DNA from: a virus
Taxonomy: Duplodnaviria > Caudoviricetes
Strand: one strand, 5' to 3'
IMG/VR virus record: IMGVR_UViG_3300028833_000064
Coordinates: 96,001 to 160,000 of that record
DNA: 64,000 bases
Below, piece after piece: positions 1 through 10,406 of the stretch; the first letter of the stretch is position 1, and each line of letters begins with the position of its first letter. The translations under genes and the position numbers were made by a program. The notes under the pieces were generated by a model. It searched no databases. It had not been told where the DNA came from and worked only from the letters and a program-made list of their open reading frames with translations.

Positions 1-83
1 AACCATCTGCATTTCAAGTATACGGTCGATTGAACATGGGTTGTCGACGAACCAATGGTCACAAACTTTCACAAACTTAATTC

Positions 84-917
84 TCATTGTGGTATCATTT
101 TCATTAATTCATTTCTCCCATCTATTTCAGACAATATGGGCATAGGAAATGGTTCCCAAAATGTTCTTGTGGTTGTGTTGACTCCGTCTTTCACAAATTG
201 TTCCGGAATCTCAACCTCCCTTTCTACTTTTTTGATGAGTCTGCCAAATTTCAATTCGGGTTCAAAAGTTTCCCAATCGACACCGTTCTCCTGTTTCAAC
301 ATCTCAATCTGCTTGTCGGAATTAACACCGATGAGTTTGTTGTGTGGCAACCAGGTCTGGGCGGTCTGCTGCTTCGAGTTACGAATACAGTCGAGTTGGC
401 GATACAAGAACCAAGCATAGACTTCGTTCTCATTCGGAACATTCCACACCTTGCAGTCGAATTGGAATGGTTTCATTCCCAATATTAAATTGGACAATTC
501 GTCGAAAACTTTTTTCCAATCTTTCTCACCACTATCTTGAGTGTGTTTTATAATATCTTGTGAGAGAAACAACTGGTTGAATCTTCCAGTTGCAAGTGAA
601 GCGGCAATCGACAACAATTTCGTCTGTCTCAATCCGAAAAATGAACCAGATGTCGGTTCGTCTTTGATATATAACGAAATTTCGTCCGATTGGACGTAGG
701 CGAACTGAGCACCGGGTATATTCTCACATAGATATTGTGCTGTGAGGTTCATCATCCCAACAAACATAGGGTCGAATGGGAGTTTGAACCTTTTTTTAAT
801 CACTTTAGAAAATGACCTTCCGTCAAGCATCATAATGATGTGACCATTGGGCATTAAAGAGTGTTCTCCACCCTTACGATAGTAAAGACACTTGTCTGCT
901 AAAGAATCAAATATCAT
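84..917 (-). CDS. tRNA(His) guanylyltransferase / Thg1-like protein
   Basis: LDGRSFSK, YVQSDEIS, FDCK and LYRQLDCIRNS motifs of the Thg1 family. Confidence 0.93.
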   Translation of the reverse strand: MIFDSLADKCLYYRKGGEHSLMPNGHIIMMLDGRSFSKVIKKRFKLPFDPMFVGMMNLTAQYLCENIPGAQFAYVQSDEISLYIKDEPTSGSFFGLRQTKLLSIAASLATGRFNQLFLSQDIIKHTQDSGEKDWKKVFDELSNLILGMKPFQFDCKVWNVPNENEVYAWFLYRQLDCIRNSKQQTAQTWLPHNKLIGVNSDKQIEMLKQENGVDWETFEPELKFGRLIKKVEREVEIPEQFVKDGVNTTTRTFWEPFPMPILSEIDGRNELMKMIPQ

Positions 918-930
918 ATTTTTTATTTTT

Positions 931-1329
931 TTAATTATAGCAACCCCTATTTGTTATTTTATTATACCAGCCGACACCAAACCGTCCAAACCAGTTTGTC
1001 TGTGAAACAGAGTATTTTCCAGTAAAAATCCATTTCAGCGGGAGTATGATGAAACATTCGATAATTGAAAAAATAAAGAAAAACGGATATGTGAGTCTCC
1101 AACCAAGACCGCCACTCTTCTTTTCTTCTTTCCAAGCATAGGCAATAAAAGGCATATCAAGATTGCCACGATTTCCACTGTTACCGAAAGATTCGATGAG
1201 TTTTCTTCTCTGCCATTCTTCAAGACCCTTTCCACCGGTTCTTTCTTTCAGTGCTTCGTCAATCAAATTGACAGTTTCGAGACCATTCAAAAGGTGATAT
1301 CTGTCACCAAGATTTCTTATTAATTTCAT
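931..1329 (-). CDS. hypothetical membrane protein
   Basis: ORF in operon, hydrophobic segment. Confidence 0.6.
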   Translation of the reverse strand: MKLIRNLGDRYHLLNGLETVNLIDEALKERTGGKGLEEWQRRKLIESFGNSGNRGNLDMPFIAYAWKEEKKSGGLGWRLTYPFFFIFSIIECFIILPLKWIFTGKYSVSQTNWFGRFGVGWYNKITNRGCYN

Positions 1330-1331
1330 AA

Positions 1332-1739
1332 TTACATCATATATTTTTGATAAAAAATTTTATAATCAATTTGTTTTTTCACCACACTTCCTTTATCTTC
1401 TATGATGGAAAATTCAAAATCATAGATTTTTTCATCCTTGATGTTATAGTTAATGTCTTTGAGTTGGTTGTCCAAATCTATTCCACATTTTCCAATCATA
1501 AAACCTGGTCTTATCACATATACAAAAATCGTTTTTCCCAAAACAATGATGTCTGTGATTTGGGGTGCCATCTTTCTTTTTGTCCAATATTTTGATATTT
1601 TTGATATTACATAGTCAAATTCTTCTTTATTTTGAAGTTTTTTTCCAAGATACCACCAAATAGACGAGGTTATATTTTTTCCTCTTTGTCTATGTTTTAA
1701 ACAGTTTTCAACAATTTTAATTAGTACTTTTTTTAACAT
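1332..1739 (-). CDS. type II KH-domain protein resembling the ribosomal protein S3 N-domain
   Basis: IRPGFMIGKCG matches the S3 RPGxxIGxxG loop. Confidence 0.65.
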   Translation of the reverse strand: MLKKVLIKIVENCLKHRQRGKNITSSIWWYLGKKLQNKEEFDYVISKISKYWTKRKMAPQITDIIVLGKTIFVYVIRPGFMIGKCGIDLDNQLKDINYNIKDEKIYDFEFSIIEDKGSVVKKQIDYKIFYQKYMM

Positions 1740-1800
1740 AATCTAATATTTTTTAAAAAGATACTATTTTTTTGTGAAACTTACAAATTAAATATAACAA

Positions 1801-1828
1801 AAATCCACCCCATTTCGGAGTGGATTTT
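1801..1828 (-). terminator. intrinsic terminator
   Basis: aaatccac-N-gtggattt hairpin followed by a T run on the minus strand, downstream of the LRR gene. Confidence 0.65.
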
Positions 1829-1908
1829 CGAAAAATATTTTTATTTTTTTAGAATGTAAATGTGTCTATCGATATTGTTGACCAATCAACTCTGACTACA
1901 ATTTTAAA

Positions 1909-4900
1909 TTACTGTTGTATTGCTTGAATTTGAGATGCTTTGTTCTTCCAATATTGTGCTGCTTTATATGTTTCTACACTCCCAGTAGGTACATAGATTA
2001 TATAAGTTGTATGAGTTGGAAGTGTTAAAATCGATATTGTTGGAGGAGTTGTTCTTAAAGATGTGATAGAAGTAAGACCACTACAACCATGAAAAGCACT
2101 ATTTCCAATGCTTGTCACTGAGTTAGGTATAGTAACTGAAGTCAGACCAGTGCAATTACTGAAAGCATAATTTCCAATGCTTGTCACATTGTCAGGTATT
2201 GTGATTGAAGTAAGACCAGTGCAATTACTGAAAGTACTATCTCCAATGCTTGTCACGGAGTTAGGTATTATTGTATTTTTACAACCAGTAATTAACGTAT
2301 TAGTTGATGTCTCTATGATGGCGTTACAGTTATTACGACTATCATATACAGTATTACCATCAGAAACTATTATTGAGGTAAGACCATTACAACCACTGAA
2401 AGCACTATCTCCAATGCTTGTCACTGAGTTAGGTATAGTAATTGAAGTCAGACCACTACAACCATGAAAAGCACTATTTCCAATGCTTGTCACTGAGTTA
2501 GGTATAGTAATTGAAGTCAGACCACTACAACCATAAAAAGTATTATTTTCAATGCTTGTCACGGAGTTAGGTATTATTGTATTTTTACAACCAGCAATTA
2601 ACGTATTAGTTGATGTCTCTATGATGGCGTTACAGTTATTACGACTATCATATACAGTATTACCATCAGAAACTATTATTGAGGTAAGACCGGTACAACC
2701 ATAAAAAACATCACTTCCAATGCTTGTCACGGAATTAGGTATTTCGATTGAAGTAAAACTACTACAATTATCGAAAGCATTATTTCCAATATTTGTCACG
2801 GAGTTACCTATAGTGACAGAAGTCAGACCTCTACAATTACTGAAAGCACTATTTCCAATGCTTGTCACGGAGTTAGGTATAGTGATAGAAGTAAGACCTC
2901 TACAATCACTGAAAGCTCTAATTCCAATGCTTGTCACGGAATCTGGTATAGTGATAGAAGTAAGGTTTCTACAACCATAAAAAGCCTCTTCTCCAATGTT
3001 TGTCACTGAATCCGGTATAGTGACAGAAGTAAAATTATCACAATCAGTGAAAGCACTATCTCCAATGCTCGTCACATCATTGTCAAAAGTAATAATTCCA
3101 ACTCCATTTTCATAATCATTACTTACAATATTTGCACCGGAATAATCTACACTTTCATCTATATCCGCCACATTTCCATCACTTGTCGTATAATATATCA
3201 CATTTTTCGGTTTTTGTGTTATGGGCATTTCTATCGATTTTGAAATTATCCAGTTATCATTCATAACTTTAGTGGATATTTCAATACTATTATTTGCTTG
3301 AAGTGTTATTGGTGTTAAATTGCCAATTATACATACACTTTGTATAATTGGTGGAACAAGTGTGAGTGTAATGTTTGAATTCGATATATTCTTTAACAAG
3401 AAATGATGTATATTTTCATTTCCAACCAAGTCACCACTTACTGTCGGGAAGTTAAAAGGAATATTTATAGATGTTCCCGTTGTAGTCACCGATGTGTCAT
3501 CAAATTCAACAAGTGTGTATGAGTTGTTCACACTAGATATAGAAGTCATATAGTCACTTGAATTAAAATAAGTGAAACTTCCATTTGTATAAAAAGCAGA
3601 ATTAGATGTATAATTCTTTGTTTGTGTAAGACTGCTTTTTGAATATGTGTTATCATCCACACTTCCGTCTGCTTTCAAAAACTGAGACGATGTTCCATCA
3701 CGTTTAACGAAACTTGCCGCCTTTAATGCACCAGTACTTGGATTGAATGTCAAACCTTTATTCGTATCGTCTGAAACATATTGGATTTTTATTGCATCAT
3801 CATTTGCACCGAATGGAATTGTTCTATCTGAACTTGTCCAAGAAGTATCAGTGTTCATATTAAATCCACTTGAAAACGTTTTCACACCGGAAATCGTCTG
3901 AGCACTGCTTAAATCAACGTAATCAGAATGTGTGTGGTCTGAAGTTGAATATGTGTTATCATCCACACTTCCGTCGGCTTTCAAGAATTGAGAAGATGTT
4001 CCACCAATGACTTTGAAATGTCTTGCTCTTATCGTACCACTACTTGGTTGACATGTAAGAGTACTAAACGTATATGTAGTACTTGTGGTACTCTTTGGTG
4101 TAAAACCTTCTGAACCGGCATTATATCCTATAACAAGTGGTCTCCAATATGTGTAACCCGATGCCGAAGCGTATGTCTGTGTAGTATTGGTATCACTTAA
4201 ATAAATTCTTGTCAAAACCCAGTTCGTACCATCGTAATTGGCAATCCACCAAGAAGCGGGAAAGTTACTTGTTGTTGGAGTTGCCGTACCAATTTTGATT
4301 GGTTTGGGTTCTGTACCATTTACACTGAGCGTAACATTGGATGTTGCACTATTTGTATTAGTTGTCTGAAGAAATATTCTTTGTCCGGTTACTAGTTCAA
4401 AGCCTGGCATCGTGGCTTTTTTAGCAGCGGTTGCAGCAGCGGTACTACAATAGGCGACACCACTTAATGTACTATCTTTATAACATTCAGATGGTATTTC
4501 TCCACTTAATTTAGATGCATCTATAACAGTTTGAGTATAATCAACACCATCTAGATATATTGTTTTTTTACTTTCATCAAAAATAATCACACCACTTTCA
4601 TTATCTTCAGATTCATTATATTCTTTTTTTCTAAATCTTATATTTAGTGGTATTGCTCTTAATTTAGATAACATAAATTCATTATCTTTGTAAAGATATT
4701 CATAAAGTTTTAAACAATTTTGTGGAACATATATATTATCAACATACAAATCAGAAAGATGCACATCGTTTGGATTTTGGTCTAAAATGGTTATAGAAGA
4801 CAATGGTGAGTCTAATTCATTAAAAACTTTTCCTGAAAAATCACTACTATCAATAATTTCAGATTTTGGTATTACTATTGATTGTAATTTATCATTGTAA

Positions 4901-7620
4901 TAAAACACACCATCATAGACCATATTAACAGTATCAGGTATAGTGACAGAAGTAAGTGAAGCATCTACACTTACCAAAGTAGTTTTTGTATTATCTGTAT
5001 AAACTAAACCATCTTCAATATACCCATTAACACATTTAGCACCCCATGGACTTCCATTTGCACTTCCATTATAATTAACATTTCTTATAGCATAAAAAGC
5101 ATTACTTCCAATGCTTGTCACGGAGTCTGGTATTGTGATAGAAGTAAGACCACTACAACCTTGGAAAGCACTATTTCCAATGTTTGTCACGGAGTCACCT
5201 ATTGTGACAGAAGTAAGACCATTACAACCATAAAAAGCATAAGTTCCAATACTTGTCACGGAGTTACCTATAGTGACAGAAGTAAGATTAGTACAATTAT
5301 AAAAAGCATTACTTCCAATGCTTTCAACGGAGTCGGGTATAGTGACTGAAGTAAGTGAATTATCTACACTTACCAAAGTAGTTTTTGTATTATCTGTATA
5401 AACTAAACCATTTTCAACATACCCATTAACACATTTAGCACCCCATGGACTTCCATTTGCACTTCCATTATAATTAACATTTCCTACACCATAAAAAGCA
5501 TTACTTCCGATACTTGTCACGGAGTTAGGTACAGTGACAGAAGTAAGACTATAACAATTTTGGAAAACATTACCTTCAATGCTTGTCACGGAGTTACCTA
5601 TAGTGACAGAAGTAAGATTTTTACAATTATAAAAAGCATAAGTTCCAATACTTGTCACGGAGTTAGGTATTGTGACAGAGGTAAGATTTTTACAATCACC
5701 GAAAGCATAAGTTCCAATACTTGTCACGGAGTTAGGTATTGTGACTGAAGTAAGACCAATACAACCACGGAAAACATTACCTTTAATACTTTTCACTAAA
5801 CCCGGTATTGTGACAGAAGTGAGACCAGTACAATTGTGGAAAGCATAAGGTTCAATATTTATCACGGAGTTGGGTATTGTGATTGAAGTAAGACTAGTAC
5901 ACTCATTGAAAGCATAATATCCAATGCTTGTCACGGAGTCTGGTATTGTGATAGAAGTAAGACCACTACAATCACTGAAAGTATAACTTCCAATGTCTTT
6001 CACGGAGTTTGGTATAGTGACAGAAGTAAGACCGGTACAACCTTGGAAAGTATTAAATCCAACGCTTTTCACGGAGTTGGGTATAGTGACAGAAGTAAGA
6101 TTTTTACAATTATAAAAAGCATTACTTCCAATGTCTTTCACGGAGTTGGGTATAGTGACAGAAGTAAGTGAAGCATCTACACTTACCAAAGTAGTTTTTG
6201 TATTATCTGTATAAACTAAACCATTTTCAACATACCCATTAACATATTTAGCACCCCAATGGTTTATTGGTACACTTCCATTATAATTAACATTTCTTAC
6301 ACTATTGAAAGCATTACTTCCGATACTTGTAACGGAATTAGGTACAGTGACAGAAGTAAGACCACTACAACCACTGAAAGCACTATTTCCAATGCTTGTC
6401 ACGGAATCCGGTATAGTGACAGAAGTAAGATTAGTACAATTTTGGAAAACATAATCTTTAATACTTTCCACAGAGTTAGGTATAGTGACAGAAGTCAGAC
6501 TAGTACAATTATAAAAAGCATAAGTTCCAATAGTTGTCACGGAGTCTGGTATAGTGACAGAAGTAAGACTACTACAACCACCGAAAGCACCATTTCCAAT
6601 GCTTGTCACGAAGTTACCTATTGTGACAGAAGTAAGACCACTACAACCACTGAAAGCACTATTTCCAATGCTTGTCACGGAGTCTGGTATAGTGACAGAA
6701 GTAAGACCACTACAACCTTGGAAAGCACCATTTTCAATAGTTGTCACGGAGTCTGGTATTGTGATAGAAGTAAGATTAGTACAATAATTGAAAGTATTAC
6801 TTCCAATGTTTTCAACGGAGTCAGGTATATTGACAGAAGTCAGACTGGTACAATAATTGAAAGCATTACTTCCAATGTTTTCAACGGAGTCGGGTATAAT
6901 GACAGAAGTAAGACCGGTACAACCTTGGAAAGCATTATTTCCAATGCTTGTCACCGAATCTGGTATAGTGACTGAAGTAAGTGAAGTACTTACACTTACC
7001 AAAGTAGTTTTTGTGTTGTCTGTATAAACTAAACCATCTTCAACATACCCATTAACACATTTAGCACCCCATGGACTTCCATTTGCACTTCCATTATAAT
7101 TAACATTTCTTATAGCATAAAAAGCATCACTTCCAATACTTGTCACGGAGTTAGGTACAGTGACAGAAGCAAGACCACTACAACCTTGGAAAGAATAACC
7201 TCCAATGCTTGTCACGGAGTTACCTATAGTGACAGAAGTAAGACTACTACAACCACCGAAAGCATAAGTTCCAATACTTGTCACGGAGTTAGGTATTTCG
7301 ATTGAAGTAAGACCACTACAATATTGGAAAGCACTAGTTTCAATACTTGTCACGGAGTCTGGTATAGTGACAGAAGTAAGACCACTACAACCACTGAAAG
7401 CACCACTTCCAATACTTGTCACGGAGTTAGGTAATTCTATTGATTTAAGAATTCTGTTATTAATTTTAATGCTTGTAATGTTTCCATTAAACTTAATTAC
7501 ACCTTTACCATTGCTATATGTGTTTGATAATACCTCAACATTTGAATTTAAAGTTTCTGTTTTTAATAATTTGTTATACCAAGTAGTATACCAAATTTCA
7601 TCGTTAGGAATATTTGACAT
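1909..7620 (-). CDS. 1903-aa BspA-type leucine-rich-repeat (LRR_5) protein with a central phage fibre-like region
   Basis: Dozens of LTSVTIPNSVTSIGxxAFxGC repeats at both ends; two TSSQFLKADGSVD repeats centrally. Confidence 0.9.
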   Translation of the reverse strand: MSNIPNDEIWYTTWYNKLLKTETLNSNVEVLSNTYSNGKGVIKFNGNITSIKINNRILKSIELPNSVTSIGSGAFSGCSGLTSVTIPDSVTSIETSAFQYCSGLTSIEIPNSVTSIGTYAFGGCSSLTSVTIGNSVTSIGGYSFQGCSGLASVTVPNSVTSIGSDAFYAIRNVNYNGSANGSPWGAKCVNGYVEDGLVYTDNTKTTLVSVSTSLTSVTIPDSVTSIGNNAFQGCTGLTSVIIPDSVENIGSNAFNYCTSLTSVNIPDSVENIGSNTFNYCTNLTSITIPDSVTTIENGAFQGCSGLTSVTIPDSVTSIGNSAFSGCSGLTSVTIGNFVTSIGNGAFGGCSSLTSVTIPDSVTTIGTYAFYNCTSLTSVTIPNSVESIKDYVFQNCTNLTSVTIPDSVTSIGNSAFSGCSGLTSVTVPNSVTSIGSNAFNSVRNVNYNGSVPINHWGAKYVNGYVENGLVYTDNTKTTLVSVDASLTSVTIPNSVKDIGSNAFYNCKNLTSVTIPNSVKSVGFNTFQGCTGLTSVTIPNSVKDIGSYTFSDCSGLTSITIPDSVTSIGYYAFNECTSLTSITIPNSVINIEPYAFHNCTGLTSVTIPGLVKSIKGNVFRGCIGLTSVTIPNSVTSIGTYAFGDCKNLTSVTIPNSVTSIGTYAFYNCKNLTSVTIGNSVTSIEGNVFQNCYSLTSVTVPNSVTSIGSNAFYGVGNVNYNGSANGSPWGAKCVNGYVENGLVYTDNTKTTLVSVDNSLTSVTIPDSVESIGSNAFYNCTNLTSVTIGNSVTSIGTYAFYGCNGLTSVTIGDSVTNIGNSAFQGCSGLTSITIPDSVTSIGSNAFYAIRNVNYNGSANGSPWGAKCVNGYIEDGLVYTDNTKTTLVSVDASLTSVTIPDTVNMVYDGVFYYNDKLQSIVIPKSEIIDSSDFSGKVFNELDSPLSSITILDQNPNDVHLSDLYVDNIYVPQNCLKLYEYLYKDNEFMLSKLRAIPLNIRFRKKEYNESEDNESGVIIFDESKKTIYLDGVDYTQTVIDASKLSGEIPSECYKDSTLSGVAYCSTAAATAAKKATMPGFELVTGQRIFLQTTNTNSATSNVTLSVNGTEPKPIKIGTATPTTSNFPASWWIANYDGTNWVLTRIYLSDTNTTQTYASASGYTYWRPLVIGYNAGSEGFTPKSTTSTTYTFSTLTCQPSSGTIRARHFKVIGGTSSQFLKADGSVDDNTYSTSDHTHSDYVDLSSAQTISGVKTFSSGFNMNTDTSWTSSDRTIPFGANDDAIKIQYVSDDTNKGLTFNPSTGALKAASFVKRDGTSSQFLKADGSVDDNTYSKSSLTQTKNYTSNSAFYTNGSFTYFNSSDYMTSISSVNNSYTLVEFDDTSVTTTGTSINIPFNFPTVSGDLVGNENIHHFLLKNISNSNITLTLVPPIIQSVCIIGNLTPITLQANNSIEISTKVMNDNWIISKSIEMPITQKPKNVIYYTTSDGNVADIDESVDYSGANIVSNDYENGVGIITFDNDVTSIGDSAFTDCDNFTSVTIPDSVTNIGEEAFYGCRNLTSITIPDSVTSIGIRAFSDCRGLTSITIPNSVTSIGNSAFSNCRGLTSVTIGNSVTNIGNNAFDNCSSFTSIEIPNSVTSIGSDVFYGCTGLTSIIVSDGNTVYDSRNNCNAIIETSTNTLIAGCKNTIIPNSVTSIENNTFYGCSGLTSITIPNSVTSIGNSAFHGCSGLTSITIPNSVTSIGDSAFSGCNGLTSIIVSDGNTVYDSRNNCNAIIETSTNTLITGCKNTIIPNSVTSIGDSTFSNCTGLTSITIPDNVTSIGNYAFSNCTGLTSVTIPNSVTSIGNSAFHGCSGLTSITSLRTTPPTISILTLPTHTTYIIYVPTGSVETYKAAQYWKNKASQIQAIQQ

Positions 7621-7692
7621 AATTTTTATATTTTTCTTTTTTTAATATTTATGGCAATCTATTAAAAAGAGAATTAGAAAAAACTAATTTTT

Positions 7693-8268
7693 CTAATTCT
7701 CTTCATTAATCCAATGGTGTCTGCAAACAGATTTATATGTTATATTTTCTGTTTCTATTGCAACCGGTTTCACAATTCCTTTTTCTCGTACACCATTGAT
7801 ATATCTGATATGGGTGACCGCTTTATGTGAACACCCGTCTATTTCACACGGAACTTCTATTTCATTTGTCTCGTCGGCAAGAGCCAAAAGTGTCGCTGCA
7901 CCAGAGAATAAGTCTCCATTCACGTCTGTCTTTAAACCATAACATATAACTTCTTTTTCTTCTGCAACTTTACAGAGAACCATCACATCTTCTTTTGTCA
8001 AAAATTGTGCCTCATCGACAAACAATGTATTGAAGTCCAATTTCGAAAGTTCCGAAGACAAATCTTCATAATAGTACGAGGGTTCCTCATATTTTGTAAT
8101 CCTTGATTTCGTAATCCCCCATCCGACAAAGTTTCCTTCCCTGTTGTCTATGCATGGTTTGACAATAACCGGTTTCTTTCCTCTTCTTTTATATGAGTCG
8201 AATTTAGTGAGCATCGCCGTTGTCTTTCCGCTTCCCATGCATCCATAGTTAAAAACAAGTTTTCCCAT
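7693..8268 (-). CDS. tdk: thymidine kinase
   Basis: GCMGSGKTT, VDEAQF, YGLKTD, YKSVCRHHW. Confidence 0.95.
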   Translation of the reverse strand: MGKLVFNYGCMGSGKTTAMLTKFDSYKRRGKKPVIVKPCIDNREGNFVGWGITKSRITKYEEPSYYYEDLSSELSKLDFNTLFVDEAQFLTKEDVMVLCKVAEEKEVICYGLKTDVNGDLFSGAATLLALADETNEIEVPCEIDGCSHKAVTHIRYINGVREKGIVKPVAIETENITYKSVCRHHWINEEN

Positions 8269-8271
8269 ATA

Positions 8272-9000
8272 TTATTTTATTTTTTTTGATAGTTTGCATA
8301 AATCTCTTATCACATTGTCCAAGTATACACCCCCATCTTCAAAATTAAAGAAAATATCCTTGAACTGATATGAAGACAAGTCCGCCCAAAATCCTTCCTT
8401 TCCTCCTTTTGACACATCTATTCCCACTTTACCATCAACCTTTTCACGGAAATCCACAATTGTATATTTGTTCTTTATAGGACACCAAATGAGGGCGACT
8501 GCTTTGTATTTGTCACCATATTCCTTATATTCGTACCCTCTGAAAAAGAATTTTTTTTCACGTATCGACCGTCCTGCCCAATCAGTTTTCAAATCAAATC
8601 TCAAATTTTTGTTATCTAAAAGATTTCTGAAAATAAAGTCTGGAGTGTTAGTTGCAACCTTTTCAATATCCCTTGTTTCATACTCGTTCAAATCTATTTT
8701 AATATAGTCTGAATATTTTTCATTAAAGGGTTTGATGAATAAGTCCTCTGTTACAAAATTACCACAAATGTCACGTGCTGCTTCAAAAGGAGTTCTATGG
8801 TCAGTTCTTATTTTATCAAGTTCGAGTATTCTTTTATATTCATCTGGAAATTTCAATTTAAATTCGCTCTCATCCAAAGTGAAAAGTCCTTTGATATGTT
8901 CTTTATATCCGAACTCATTATATAGTTCGTTAATGGCCTTACTTGGCCATATTTTTTGTAGATAGTCTAAAATTTTTGTGAGATTACTTGTATATTTCAT
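8272..9000 (-). CDS. hypothetical protein, possible PD-(D/E)xK nuclease
   Basis: TPDF...FDLK pattern. Confidence 0.4.
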   Translation of the reverse strand: MKYTSNLTKILDYLQKIWPSKAINELYNEFGYKEHIKGLFTLDESEFKLKFPDEYKRILELDKIRTDHRTPFEAARDICGNFVTEDLFIKPFNEKYSDYIKIDLNEYETRDIEKVATNTPDFIFRNLLDNKNLRFDLKTDWAGRSIREKKFFFRGYEYKEYGDKYKAVALIWCPIKNKYTIVDFREKVDGKVGIDVSKGGKEGFWADLSSYQFKDIFFNFEDGGVYLDNVIRDLCKLSKKIK

Positions 9001-9147
9001 TATATTAACTCTTTATTTTTCTAAAGTAGTATGAAAACATACTTTCTATGAATAGAACGGAAACGAGTTCCCACCCATTCTTTTCTATAAGGTTAAGTTT
9101 GGAACTCGTTATCTCGTTTGGTATGTGTATTATCTTATATTCGTACA

Positions 9148-10374
9148 TTATTTCCCTATTGTTGTTTGTTCGTAAATTCTATTTAATTGATTATTAACTC
9201 TATAAAACTCACAATTTTTTGAAATATCTTCGAGTTTTTTTGCACCAATATATGCCATTGCTGAACGAAGACCACCAAGAAATTCGTTGTTCATATCGTG
9301 AACGCTTCCAGTATATGGGACAAGTGACACACGTCCTTCAGATGTTGTGTACCAACTTTTTCCGTTTCCGAATTTTTCTTGTGCAAGTTCGGAACTCATC
9401 CCATAGAACAATTTATATTTCCTTAGAATTTCTTTACGATTTTTTTTCTCATCAAACACCGGTAATGCTTCCGCCTTTTCGGTTGGTTCTGTCAATATAC
9501 CACCTTCTCCGACATATGTGTAATAATCAGGAGTATAGATATTTGTAAATTCTTTTTCATATATGATGTCACCCTCGGCTTCGTCGGTACCGGCGTAAAG
9601 AGACCCAATCATAACAAAATCGGCGCCTGCCCCGAATGCCTTTACGATGTCTCCTGAACAAGTGATTCCACCGTCTGAACAAACCAATCCACCGACTTTG
9701 TGGGCTGCCTTTGCACATTCTATTATTGTAGATAGTTGTGGTCTTCCGACACCGGTCTGTTTTCTGGTCAGACATTGACCACCTCCACCGATACCAACTT
9801 TAACTATGTCAGCTCCAGATTTGATTAATTTTTTGGTCATATCTCCAGTGACGACATTCCCGACCATCAATATACATTTGGGAAATTCCTCTCTTACTTT
9901 TTTTACAAGGTCGACAACATTAGAAATATATCCATTTGGAACATCAATGCAAATTGGTGGAATTTTATCCCAATTTCTTATTTTTATTTCTCTTATTTTG
10001 TTGATACCATCGTCTCTCAACCCTATCGATAAAAAACATTTATATCTTTTTCTACTCCAAAACAATATATCATTATAAAATTTATAAAGTTCTTTAATTT
10101 CATGGTGTTTGTGAAGACAAGCAAAACAATTATCATCAATCATTTTTCTAGCGAGATTGAAATTACCGATAGTACCCATATTTGCATTTATGATACCGGT
10201 TCCTTCCACAACAGTACCACTCCACTTAAATTTATAATCACGTGTAATATCAACATACTCTCTCGATGTAATATCTGATGATTTTGGTCTTATTAAGACA
10301 TCGCTAAAATCCAATTCTGTTTGTGAAAATATATGCATAGTATTATTTTTATCATTACAAATTAAATATAACAA
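9148..10374 (-). CDS. guaC: GMP reductase
   Basis: LDFSDVLIRPK, DVPNGY, KVGIGGGGQCLTR, FYGMSS, SEG, GGLRSAMAYIGA. Confidence 0.93.
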   Translation of the reverse strand: MLYLICNDKNNTMHIFSQTELDFSDVLIRPKSSDITSREYVDITRDYKFKWSGTVVEGTGIINANMGTIGNFNLARKMIDDNCFACLHKHHEIKELYKFYNDILFWSRKRYKCFLSIGLRDDGINKIREIKIRNWDKIPPICIDVPNGYISNVVDLVKKVREEFPKCILMVGNVVTGDMTKKLIKSGADIVKVGIGGGGQCLTRKQTGVGRPQLSTIIECAKAAHKVGGLVCSDGGITCSGDIVKAFGAGADFVMIGSLYAGTDEAEGDIIYEKEFTNIYTPDYYTYVGEGGILTEPTEKAEALPVFDEKKNRKEILRKYKLFYGMSSELAQEKFGNGKSWYTTSEGRVSLVPYTGSVHDMNNEFLGGLRSAMAYIGAKKLEDISKNCEFYRVNNQLNRIYEQTTIGK

Positions 10375-10406
10375 AAAAATCTGTTCTTTTCAGAACAGAT
10401 TTTCTT

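Noticed and set aside
1909-7620. Diversity-generating retroelement target
   Set aside because: No reverse transcriptase or non-coding template repeat in the window.
2177-7645. Plus-strand repetitive ORFs
   Set aside because: Antisense shadows of the LRR repeats.
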